A stretch of 64,000 nt of DNA from the NCBI GenBank assembly GCA_030390025.1, contig CM059431.1:106766001-106830000 (forward strand), in the 5' to 3' direction. Each line of letters starts with the position of its first letter. Within the stretch, counting starts at the first letter, position 1. This stretch comes from Squalus acanthias. Taxonomy: Eukaryota. Below the pieces are notes generated by a model. It searched no databases. It saw only the letters and a program-made list of their open reading frames with translations, and was not told where the DNA came from. The position numbers and the translations under genes were made by a program. This document shows, one piece after another, positions 35,848 through 47,321 of this stretch.

Positions 35848-38715
35848 GTGAGAAACAAAAAACAAAGGGCCAAACCAATTCATAAAAAATGTGAGCATAA
35901 AAAAAGCCTGAGGGTTTTATACCTTAATGCGAGAAGCATCAGGAACAAGGTAGATGAATTAGCTGTGGAAATAGAGGTTAATAATTATGATCTAATTGGG
36001 ATTACGGAAACATGGTTGCAGGGTGAGCAGGGCTGGGAGCTTAACATACAGGGGTATTCAGTATTTAGGAAGGATCGACAAAAAAGAAAGGGAGGAGGGG
36101 TAGCATTGCTGGTAAAAGAAGGGATAAATGCAATTGAAAGGAAGGATATTAACTCAGTTAATACAGAATCTATATGGGTGGAGCTAAGAAATAGCGAGGG
36201 GCGAAAAACATTAATAGGAGTGGTATATAGGCCTCCAAATAGTAAAATAGAGGTTGGGGAGGGCATCACGAGGGAAATTAGAGAAGCGTGCAATAAGAGC
36301 ACAGCTGTCATCATAGGTGACTTTAACTTACATATAGATTGGAATAGCCTAATCAGTAAAAATAATGAGGAGGAGGAATTCCTTGAGTGTTTAAGGGATG
36401 GTTATCTGGATCAATATGTCGAGGAACCAACTCGGGAACAGGCTATATTGGACTGGGTACTGTGCAATGAGAAGGGACTAATTAGTAATCTTGTTGTACG
36501 GGGACCCTTGGGTCAGAGCGATCATAACATGATCGATTTCTCACTCGAAATGGAGAGCGAAGAAATTGACTCAGATACTAAGGTCCTGAATTTAAACAAG
36601 GGGAATTATGATGCCATTAGACGGGAACTGAGTAGGTCTGATTGGACAACGTTCCTGGGAGGACTGGAGGTAGATAAACAATGGCAAGCATTTAAAGATA
36701 GAATGACAAAATTGCAAAAATTGTTTATACCAATCTGGCATAAAAGGAAATCTAAAAAGGTGACTCAACCGTGGATAACAGGGGAAATTAGAGACAGCAT
36801 AAAATCCAAAGATAGGGCGTATAAAATAGCCAAAAAAAGCGCCAGAGCGGAAGATTGGGAACAGTTTAAGATAGAGCAAAGGAGGACAAAGGGCTTAATC
36901 AAGAGGGGCAAAATAGCTTACGAAAGCAAGCTGGCGGAAAATATAAAAACTAACTCCAAAAGCTTTTATAAGTATATCAAGAGGAAAAGACTGGTGAAAA
37001 CCAAAGTTGGCCCATTGCAGTCAGATACGGGGGAATATATACCGGGAAATAAAGAAATGGCAGACCAACTAAATGCATACTTTGGGTCAGTCTTTACGAA
37101 GGAAGACACAAAAAACCTCCCTGGGATATCGGGAAAAATAGGGACATTTGCAAAGGAGGAACTGACGCAAGTCAATATCTCTAAGGATATGGTGTTAAGG
37201 AAGCTAAAGGGATTGAAGGCGGACAAATCCCCAGGGCCTGATAACATGCATCCTAGGGTGCTGAAGGAGGTGGCCCTAGAGATAGCGGATGCACTAAGTA
37301 TGATTTTTCAGAATTCATTAGACTCGGGAACAGTGCCCATGGATTGGAGGGTAGCTAACGTTACCCCACTATTCAAAAAGGGGGGTAGGGAAAAAGCAGG
37401 TAATTACAGACCTGTAAGCCTTACATCAGTTGTGGGCAAAATGCTGGAGTCCATCATTAAGGATGAAATAGCGGAGCACTTAGCAAATGGGGACAGGATA
37501 GGACAGAGTCAACATGGATTTACAAAGGGTAAATCGTGCTTGACTAATCTATTGGAATTTTTTGAGGGAGTAACTGGTAAAATAGATGGGGGAGAGCCAG
37601 TAGATGTGGTGTACCTGGACTTCCAAAAGGCCTTCGATAAGGTCCCACATAAAAGATTAGCAGGGAAAATTGAAGCTCATGGGATAAAGGGGAAAGTATT
37701 GACGTGGATAGAGAACTGGCTGTCAGATAGAAAACAGAGAGTTGGAATAAACGGCTCATTTTCTGAATGGCAGGCAGTAACAAGTGGGGTACCACAGGGA
37801 TCTGTCCTGGGTCCCCAGCTGTTCACAATTTACATTAATGACCTGGATCAGGGAGTCGGATGCAGCATTTCCAAATTTGCAGACGACACTAAACTAGGAG
37901 GGGGGGTGGGCTCAGAGGAGGAGACCAGGAAGCTCCAGAGCGATTTGGACAGACTGGGTGATTGGGCGGATAAATGGCAGATGCACTATAATGTGGACAA
38001 GTGCGAAGTTATCCACCTTGGGTGCAGGAACGGGAGGGCAAATTATTATTTAAATGGCAATAAATTGGGAGAGGGGGAAGTACAGAGAGACCTGGGTGTT
38101 CTTGTACACCAGTCACTGAAGGCGAGCATGCAGGTGCAACAGGCGATCAAGAAGGCAAACGGTATGCTGGCCTTCATAGCAAAAGGGTTGGAATACAGGA
38201 ACAGGGATACCTTGCTGCAGCTGTACAGGGCACTGGTGAGACCACACCTCGAGTACTGTGTACAGTTTTGGTCGCCTCATCTGAGGAAAGATGTTCTTGC
38301 CATGGAGGGGGTGCAGCGGCGATTCACCAGGCTGATACCAGGAATGGCGGGATTGACCTATGAGGAGAGACTATGTAGTTTAGGGATGTACACACTGGAG
38401 TTTAGAAGATTGAGAGGGGACCTCATAGAAGTGTATAAAATTCTGACAGGTCTAGACAGACTAGATGCAAAAGGAATGTTTCCCTTGGCGGGTGAGAACA
38501 GAACCAGAGGACATAATTTAAGGATAAGGGCTAAACCATTTAGGACAGAAATGAGGGGGAATTTCTTCACTCAGAGGGTGGTGAACCTGTGGAACTCATT
38601 GCCACAGAGGGCAGTGTACGCCAGCTCATTAAATATATTTAAGAGGGAATTAGATATATTTCTACAGGCAAAAGGGGTTAAGGGTTACGGAGAGAAGGCG
38701 GGGACGGGATACTGA
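35848..38715 (+). CDS. CR1 ORF2: APE endonuclease + reverse transcriptase
   Basis: YLNARS, GITETWL, GDFN, SDH (APE); NYRPVSLTS, YLDFQKAFDKV, GVPQGSVLGP, KFADDTK (RT); 955 codons without a stop; frame open from 35749. Confidence 0.96.
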   Translation: MRNKKQRAKPIHKKCEHKKSLRVLYLNARSIRNKVDELAVEIEVNNYDLIGITETWLQGEQGWELNIQGYSVFRKDRQKRKGGGVALLVKEGINAIERKDINSVNTESIWVELRNSEGRKTLIGVVYRPPNSKIEVGEGITREIREACNKSTAVIIGDFNLHIDWNSLISKNNEEEEFLECLRDGYLDQYVEEPTREQAILDWVLCNEKGLISNLVVRGPLGQSDHNMIDFSLEMESEEIDSDTKVLNLNKGNYDAIRRELSRSDWTTFLGGLEVDKQWQAFKDRMTKLQKLFIPIWHKRKSKKVTQPWITGEIRDSIKSKDRAYKIAKKSARAEDWEQFKIEQRRTKGLIKRGKIAYESKLAENIKTNSKSFYKYIKRKRLVKTKVGPLQSDTGEYIPGNKEMADQLNAYFGSVFTKEDTKNLPGISGKIGTFAKEELTQVNISKDMVLRKLKGLKADKSPGPDNMHPRVLKEVALEIADALSMIFQNSLDSGTVPMDWRVANVTPLFKKGGREKAGNYRPVSLTSVVGKMLESIIKDEIAEHLANGDRIGQSQHGFTKGKSCLTNLLEFFEGVTGKIDGGEPVDVVYLDFQKAFDKVPHKRLAGKIEAHGIKGKVLTWIENWLSDRKQRVGINGSFSEWQAVTSGVPQGSVLGPQLFTIYINDLDQGVGCSISKFADDTKLGGGVGSEEETRKLQSDLDRLGDWADKWQMHYNVDKCEVIHLGCRNGRANYYLNGNKLGEGEVQRDLGVLVHQSLKASMQVQQAIKKANGMLAFIAKGLEYRNRDTLLQLYRALVRPHLEYCVQFWSPHLRKDVLAMEGVQRRFTRLIPGMAGLTYEERLCSLGMYTLEFRRLRGDLIEVYKILTGLDRLDAKGMFPLAGENRTRGHNLRIRAKPFRTEMRGNFFTQRVVNLWNSLPQRAVYASSLNIFKRELDIFLQAKGVKGYGEKAGTGY

Positions 38716-39585
38716 ATTGGAGGATCAGCCATGATCTCATTAAATGGCGGAGCAGGCTCGAAGGGCCGGATGGCCTACTCCTGCTCCTATCTTCTATGTA
38801 TCTATGTATCTATGTAAGATCAGGAAGTCCCCAGACCCAATCCCTTCTGTGCTATATTGGCTTTTATCAGCTGGGTGTTAGTAGAACCATGTTGTTGTAG
38901 GATAGGGAGGGGAAAACTGGCCGGGATTCCTGCCTCTGATCGTGAGCCAATAACCCCTGGCAGACGTGTATTGGCATCAGGCGTGAATCAGATCACCCCC
39001 GATCTCACTGAATGGCGCAACAGGCTCGAGGGGCTGAATGGCCGACTCCTGTCCCTATGTTCCCAGATCAGGCTTGTCTGTGATGCTCTTTCATGTTGAA
39101 TAGCTTACCAATACCGACTGTCAAGGTTCACATGCATGTACCGAAATCTAACATGAGACCGTGGAACCACTGCGAGGAGTCCATGCCTTCAGGAGGGGAG
39201 AGGCGAAGGAGAAAATTGGTGACAGAAAGAAGAGATCTCATATCACCGCTCTGGGCCCTATGATAATTGGCACAAGCTGAAACCCCATTTTGGTTTAACA
39301 TTCTGTTTCTGCTCCAGCTAAAGTATTTATACCTTATCATGAGTTCTTTAACCCTAACAGTAGGGTCACAGGCAGCGCCCACTCTCACAAGCTGTTGTCC
39401 TTAGCGTATACATATGCTGCAGCTACAACACAGCAGGACATGTCAAGCATAATGCCAGAAAGGAATTTGCTTTTCACAGAAAATGCCGATATTCGAAAAG
39501 GAATTCTTCTTTACTTCTAATTGTCGCAGTTGCATTTGAGGAGAAGCTGGATAAGCACATGATGGAGAAAGGAATAGAAGGATAT

Positions 39586-40727
39586 GTTTGCCTTGTCCTT
39601 TTGCCTTGCACCATCATCCCTTTTGTCTCTTAATCTCTCCTGCCCTCCATCCTATCACAGACCTTCCCTTTTGTTCTTTCTTCCCCTCCCCCCTCTCCCT
39701 GCCCCTACACTTGCTAAAAAACCTTTTACATCTCCAACTTTTTCCAGTTCTGATGAAGGGTCATCGACCTGAAACATTGGGGCGATTTTCCCAGCCCTGG
39801 GAAGGCGGGTATGGAGGCGGGACAACCGGCAAAATGGCAGAAACTGGGAGCGGGTACCCATCCCGCCCCCAACCCGCCTCTGTGCCATCTTCCCAGGAGG
39901 CGGGTACCCGACCAGCATCGGGTCCCGTCTCCTCGAGGCGGGAAGGGGATTAGTGCCAATTAACTGCCTGTTAACAGCTAGTTAACAGAAAGTTTTTTGG
40001 CTAATCCCTATTTTGAGCCCTAAAGTGTGGGCTTCCCGACGGCTCCGACCCTCGCCAGGGTAAGCGAGGTGAGCCGTGGGTCTGCGGGGGTCGGAGAGGA
40101 CAAAATTTCCAGTGTGCAGGTGAGTGATGAGTGCAAGTGTGGAGAGGTAAGTGTGTGAGGTGAGTCTAAAGTGTTTTAATAAGATTACTTACCTTTGCTT
40201 CTTCCTCCAGGCTTCATCCCTTTAGGCTGTGGAGCTGCCTCATCTCACCGGCAGAGAAAGCAGAATGGCCGTTGCATTCTTAAATGCTGCAGCCTTCTGC
40301 TTTCTGCTCAGGAAAGCTTTCTAAGTAAGCCTGTGTCCAAAGTCTCAACTTAGAAGATAGATTGTCAGTGTTTGACAGCTTCACAGAGCTGTCAAACGAT
40401 GACAATTCATCTGTCAAAAAATCTTGACAGATGAAACGTCATACGCTGACGTCATCTGTCACCAGCTTTCCCTTAATTGGCCGGCTAAGCCCGCTGGGCG
40501 GGCTTAACAAGGCCAATCAAGGGAAAATAGCGTGGGTTGGCCGAACGTCGATGGAGGCGGGACTAAAACCCGACAAGCAGCTTTCCCGCCTCCATCACGT
40601 CCCCATTGATAAAATCAGCCCCGTTAACTCTGTTTCTCTCTCTACAGATGCTGCCTGACCTGTTGAGTATTTCCAGCATTTTCTGTTTTTATTTTAGATT
40701 TCCAGCATCCGCAGTATTTTGCTTTTG
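39586..40727 (+). mobile_element. Penelope 3' fragment with hammerhead, inserted in a CR1 tail and itself split by a MITE
   Basis: Similar to the PLE 3' UTR; TSD TAGAAGGATAT at 39575-39585 and 40728-40738. Confidence 0.85.
39779..40622. mobile_element. MITE, Harbinger-like (second copy at 63254-64000)
   Basis: TIR GGGGCGATTTT / AAAATCAGCCCC; 3-bp flanks ATT/GTT; high similarity to the copy at the window end. Confidence 0.88.
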
Positions 40728-40968
40728 TAGAAGGATATCTTGATAGGGTGAGATGAAATGGGGTGGGAGGAGGCTCGTGTGGAGCATAAACACCGCATGG
40801 AGGGCTGAATGGCCTGTTTCTGTGCTGTACATTCTATGTTATTGTTTTTCAGTGAACAGACATTTTAATGATTTTGTTGAACCTTGTTTGTCAAGCCCTG
40901 ATAGAAAACAGCCAGTGTGCTTTGCAGAGAAAAAATAATTTATTATCAATCACAAGATGAAACTGATC

Positions 40969-41635
40969 AGGTACAGAAAATAATCAAAAAGGCTAATGGA
41001 ATGCTGGCCTTTATATCTAGAGGACTAGAATACAAGGGGGTAGAAGTTATGCTGCAGCTGTACAAAACCCTGGTTAGACCACACCTGGAGTACTGTGAGC
41101 AGTTCTGGGCACCACACCTTAGGAAGGATATATTGGCCTTGGAGGGAGTGCAGCGTAGGTTTACCAGAATGATACCCGGACTCCAAGGGTTAAGTTACGA
41201 GGAGAGATTACACAAATTAGGGTTGTATTCCCTGGAATTTAGAATGTTAAGGGGTGATCTGATCGAAGTTTTTAAGATATTAAGGGAAACAGATAAGGGA
41301 GATAGAGAGAAACTATTTCCGCTGGTTGAGAAGGCTAGGACCATGGGGGCATAGTCTAAAAATTAGTGCCAGACCTTTCAGGAGTGAAATTAGGAAACAC
41401 TTCTACACACAAAGGGTGGTAGAAGTTTGGAACTCTCTTCCGCAAATGGAAACTGATGCTAGATCAATTATTAATTTTAAATCTGTGATTGATAGCTTTC
41501 TGTTAACCAAAGGTATTAAGGGATATGGGCCAAAGGCGGGTATATGGAGTTAGATCGCAGATCAGCCATGATCGCATTGAATAGCGGAACAGACTCGAGG
41601 GGCTGAATGGCCTCCTCCTGCTCCTATGTTCCTAT
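40969..41635 (+). mobile_element. CR1 3' fragment
   Basis: KKANGMLAFISRGLEYK...LVRPHLEYC peptide and 3' UTR. Confidence 0.92.
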
Positions 41636-43222
41636 TTTAAGATTTTTTTTTCTTTTAATGTAACTTTTTATCGGGCAGTTTTATAGTTATTTTTTTTTCT
41701 AACAGATTTACTTTTCCACTTATTATTTTGCATTTACATTATCTGTCTTTATGCTTCCCCTCACAATTCCTTCTGCAACACTTGTGCTTAATTTTCCATG
41801 ATCGACCAAGCAGGTTTCAGACTGTCTCTGCTGTGAGTAACGTCTGAAGCCGATTTTCCCATTTTGAACCACCTCCCACTTGGGGGGATTTTTCTCCTCT
41901 TCTATTTTAGTATTTGCCCTTGTGTCTGTGTGGTAGCCTTATTTTCAATTGGAAAAGATCCGGTATCCCATCATTCCACTATTTTTGCATTTGGGAATTT
42001 TTATTAATGCTACCTTAAGGTTTCCAGGCATTGGATGAGTGAAGGTTTATTCGGAACGTTCCATTTCCAAAACAAAGTGGTGATAGCTCTGCGACATATG
42101 GCCAGAAGTCTATCCAGCTGACTGTATCTCCAGCATTTGTCCTTCATTGCCTTTCTTGTCGTTTAAAACAACGCATGCTTTTTGCATAATTCGAAAGTCC
42201 ACTAATGGATAAAATGAATAATTTAAGCTTCTGCAAGCACACATGTTATGCGTGCTTTTGAAGTTCTATCTCGTAAACAGTTATTTAAAATAAAATTGAT
42301 GCTCCTTTTGTCATTCCACTGTGCTAATTCAAGTGGCTGCATGTTTGCAAATGTTGGCAAAATACAATCGCACGGTTTGGGCTTAATATATACGCCTGTA
42401 TACTCGTAGTCATTCAGCAAGGGCAAGTGATTTTTTAAATATACTTTCAGGGCATCGGAACAGTTGGTTTATAGCACTTATCCAGGCTTTGAGAGGGAAT
42501 CCGTTATTCTGATGACAGCAGGTTATAGATGTGCTCTGATCTTAGCCTTGTACCTTATCATCTGCTTGATTGCAAGTGGTAAGGAACAATGTGCTCCATA
42601 AAGATGGCTCCCAGCAATGAATTAATGAATTCTGTAAAGACTGCAATCCCCCGTCATACTCATTTTCACTGCCACAATAGACCAGCAACTGTCCTGACTT
42701 ATTGCGTGTTTTGTCTTTGAGCATATTCTCCCTGTTGGAGCAGTTCTGTTTCAAAATTCATTGCTAAACTGAATGCATTTAGGAGACATGATAAGGGCTG
42801 CCTGGAGGTGGCCTGACATTTACAAATTGATTTATCATGACCAGTATTCAAACACTGGGAAATTAATTGGGACATAATCAGTGGCCATTGCTTGTGCATT
42901 GTATGTACCTCAGTAACATTTTAGCAATATGTGCACAATGATAGTCACCTCATTCTAAAGATTTAATAATTACAAAAAGGGTATTTTTTTTAAAATGCGC
43001 TACTGGCACAATCGTTCTCTTTCACAGAAAAATATTTGAGCCGTGAGCCCTTTTTTATGTGAAATGTACTACTTACGCAGACCAGCACATCAGAACTTGG
43101 GAAACAATTGCTTTCCTTGATCATTCGCGAGATGCTGTCTGTGGTTACGCCATCTGAAAGCATTGCCCTCCCCTCCAAAAAAATGTAGAAAAACACTTTA
43201 GAAACAGAACAAAAAAAAATAT

Positions 43223-43384
43223 GGCCTCGAAATTCATCACGGGCGAAATGGCGCCAAACGGGCGGTATCGGATCGCCTGCCCGTTAAACGCAGCAACGGA
43301 ACCGAATCTCAGGCGCTGTGTATAACAGGCGGCAGATCCAATACCGCCCATTTTGCACCATCATCTGAGATGAATTTCTAGGCC
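43223..43384. mobile_element. Short Harbinger-type MITE
   Basis: 16-bp TIR GGCCTCGAAATTCATC / GATGAATTTCTAGGCC (1 mismatch); 3-bp TSD TAT. Confidence 0.85.
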
Positions 43385-45699
43385 TATGAGTTTACATAGC
43401 ACCTAAGCAGATGTGACAGAGCAGTAATACTATCAATGGTGGGATATCTGTTCAAAAATAAAGCACCTAGCTTTTCGAAATCTAGTGCACATTGGATACA
43501 TGCCTAAAAGAAGGAAAACTACTCAAATTGAACTGACCCGTATCGTTTGGGTTATTTACATATTCGGATGGAATATGCCTGCGCCTGTTTAAATAAAAAA
43601 GATGCACCGCAGAAGCATATCTTTCAAAATAAGAGCCTTTTCTCTTGTTAATCCATTTAAAGGGGGCATCTAGACCCTCCCAGCCACGGCGAATTTCCTT
43701 TTTTCAATCACATCACTGACTCCCTCCTTGTTTAATTATTAGAAGTGTTTCTGAACTGTCTTCTCTTACTCCGAACGGTTTGCACTTGCTTATTATTCCA
43801 TACCCTCTTATTGAGTGAACCTAGGTCACCGTGACATGCCTTTTCCAGCTCAGTATTGACAGTAAGTTAATAGTGCTGCAAACTTACAGTCACTGGGTAT
43901 AGCATTCTTTGTACAAAATATTTAAGCTAATGGGAGAGGGATTAGATGTGCTTTACATCGGAACAATCATCTATCCAGAACTCTTAAGAGGATAATTTAG
44001 TCATCTCAACCCAGTTGGGTTACTTTCAACTGTATTGAATATTTTAATCAGTGGAATAAGAAATAAGTAAGAAACTATCCCAGTAATGAGATATTGAGTA
44101 ACGTAATGCAATTGTGATCTCTGGGAATTTCCTCATAAGTCAGCTGTGTTATCTGAAATTCAAGAGCGAAGCAGCATTTGTAGAAAGATGCTTCAGATGT
44201 GAGTCCTACCTGCACATGACACAGTTATCTGGAAACTACATGGCAGAAAATATCTAATTAAACTTGCTCTGACAAGGTAGCACTGTACAAAAGGCAATGT
44301 TACTAAGCAATGATACTTTGGCCATAATGAGGCAAACCAGAAAAAAAGATTTCCAAGAAATATATGGGCGGGTTCAAGGACAAGGACCAATAAGTAGAGA
44401 CAAACGTATTTAACTCAGAAATGTTTCATGAGATTGTACAGTTATAACGTGCAAAATGTAACAGCGAAAGCAGAGGAGTGCGAGCGTCAGTAATTACACC
44501 CAGTCCCCTTCCAAAGCAAGGCTAAAGGGTGAGCAACACTGACAGCAAAGTTCTCAGATATGTGACCAGCATTCAAGGACACACTTCAGGAGAAAGCTTA
44601 GACAGACAATTACCATTTGAATCTACTCTCGGCACCCTTACCGCAACTCGAAAGAATCCCCCCCTTCCTCCCTTTCGATCTTGATTACTCAGGCAGGCAG
44701 GATCTAATTAGACATTCCAGACAAACTGCTGGGTGTGTCTTGTCCTCCAATGGGACCAATCAGAAATCCGGTCTTGTCCTCCAAAGGGACCAATCAGAAT
44801 TTTGGTGTTACAAATAGTTACAACCTTTTATTCTTGTCTGGTAGGCCGAAGGGAAAAGTGAGACATCAGATCACGTTTGGATGTTACCAAGAAGATGTGA
44901 GAGAGAAGCCGGAATTAGAAAAGAAGGAGCCCCAGAACCAGAGAGATGTTGAGAAGAAGGATAGGAACTTCTTTGTTCACCATTGGAAGATAATAGCCCC
45001 GATCTTGACCGGGCGGGTTTTGTGAGCGAGGGGGAGGAATCTTGGTTGGGAAACCCGGAACAGCGTGCGTCTTTTTATCCAGTAGATTCTCCGCCTGGTT
45101 GACAGGCTTGGCTCTCTGTCGGGCAAGAGCACTCTGGATGAGGCCGCAGCCCAGGAGCAGGTAGGGAGCCTGCTGCTGGGTAAGCGGTAGTGGGGTGTGC
45201 GGGGGGTCCAGGGGGTGGGGGGGTGTTCGCCCATCCCTGGGGGTCTGATACTGATGGTGGGGGGGGTGGGGGGAGAGTATGGTCGCTGATCCCTGGGGAA
45301 AGGGGTCCGATACCGAGGGGTGGGGTCTGATCGCAGGGGGTGGGAGTGGTTGCTGATCTTGGGGCCCTCTCATCCCTGATCCCAAGGTGGGGGTCTGATA
45401 CTGCGGGGGGAATCCAATTCCCGATCCCGGGAGGTCCGATCTCGCGGGGGTTGGGAGGGTGCGTCTTTGAATGGGGGGTGTCTGATGGCGGGCAGGGAAG
45501 AAGGTAAGCTTGGGGGGCCGGGACGAAGGACTCCTGCTCCTCCTGCCCCACAAGCAATGCTGTAAAGGCACTTACCTTCTCCACAGAGAAATCCTCGCCT
45601 CCCTTTAGCTGAGGTTCGGGAAACTCGGTCGGCCAGGGTTAAACCTGGAAGAAGGTTAAAGATAGGCTAAAAACAATATATTTGCAAGGACGCACAAAT

Positions 45700-45959
45700 A
45701 GATAATCTGTTTCAGTGATGTTGGTTGAGGGATAAATATTAACCAGGGGAGAACTCCGCTGCTCTTCTTCGAATAGTGGCACAGGATCATTTAAATCCAC
45801 CTGCAAGGGCAGACAAAGACAGCACCTACTGACAGTGCAGCACTCCCTCAGTACTGCGCTGGAGTGTCAGCCTAAATTTTGTGCTCAAGCCTCTAGAGTG
45901 GGACTTGAACCCACAGCCTGCTAACTCAGAGGTGAGAGTGCTACTAACTGAGCCACAGT
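45700..45959 (-). mobile_element. Deu-domain tRNA SINE, partial
   Basis: Reverse-strand A box TGGCTCAGTTAG and B box GGTTCAAGTCC plus SINE body. Confidence 0.82.
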
Positions 45960-47321
45960 CAAAAACTAGTGTACAAAATACCTGCATTAATCAGCTTGCT
46001 AATATCAATTTGTAAAATCACTAGTACTTATGAATAAAGTCATTCCATAAATATTCTTTGGTTTCACTTCGTTCTCAGTCTCTTTCCACTAGATGATTAT
46101 TCGAAAGCCATAAATGAAATAATTATATTATTTTGCCCACAGAAGACTTGTCTTCATCCTGCTCTGCTGCATCCACCCATGAGGATATAACCATCAGTGA
46201 CGAGATACAGGAGAGAAACAAAAAATTCTCTGGGGGCAAATGGACAACAGGCTCTGAACACTTACCGTCCAGGTAATAAAAGTCCATTACTCATTGTCCA
46301 GCAGCGGTGAGGCCTGTCACTAAACCCTCCACTGGGGTTACCTTGAAGTACAACAACCATTCTGGAGGTACTGCAACAGTAGAAGACAGGACATCTGGCT
46401 GCAAAGCTTTGGAGGAACACAATAATAAAGGATTAGTTGGAAAACATTGCGCAGGAGGTCTGAATTAACCAGCTTGTTAACATAAGTTTGTAAAGTCAGT
46501 ATGTGAAAAGTCTTTTTATAACTATATTTCAGACTTGTGCCAAATGAGAACTAGATGCTGCCTCTAAAAGCCTCCACAGATAGGCCACAGGTGATTAAAG
46601 AGAGCTCTAATAGTATTATCCTGAAGCAACATTGAGAGGGGTGCTAGTTCTATACCACTGTGGTGAGCAAACTGACTAGGAAGCCAAACTGTTCCACCAA
46701 CTGTGCCCAGCCCAATTGCATCATATACAACCCTTCCAGTGCTGGTATCTCTACCCTCAGTAACTCGAGAACGCCTGAAGATTTATGATGGTACTTGCAT
46801 CAGAATCACAAACTGACAGGACAGGACCAAAGAGCCACAATTTGCACCTGTTCTGTCAGTATGTGGAGCAACAATTGGGCAAAGAATTAAATCACGGTCA
46901 GAGCCAGCAAAGACCTGAAATCCATCTAAGGTGTATTCTAAGCATCATTTACCACCAGAGCAACAAAGTAAAATGACCCTTATCATTACTTAGGGTGGCT
47001 TCATTCTTTGCAGGGGAGTGGAATGCAGATGGGTTAAAGGAACCTGGGACTGACTTAATCACTGAAGGAACCCAGGACTGAAACAGTGACATGTCGGATA
47101 CTATACAAGGTAGCAACACACAAAGCTTGGCCTGAAGTTTCTACTAGGCTGCGCTGATTTTTTCAACGCAATTCACCCAAAATCGGCTAAACCAGCGCAG
47201 AAGATTGTGGAATTTCAGGCGCAAATTACGTCCAGCGCAAATCGAGTTTCCGCGATCTTCTGCGCTAGTTTAAGAGACACCGCGCTAGAAGCCGGCGCAA
47301 CCCACAAAACTGGCCACGCCC

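Larger units (their letters stand above)
35569..38816 (+). mobile_element. CR1 LINE, 5' truncated within ORF1, with intact ORF2
   Basis: ORF1 tail, full APE-RT ORF2, 3' UTR and (TCTATGTA)n tail. Confidence 0.96.

Noticed and set aside
44915..45584. Pro-rich ORFs (also 27352-27852 and 58512-58919)
   Set aside because: Low-complexity C-rich MITE interiors with no protein motifs
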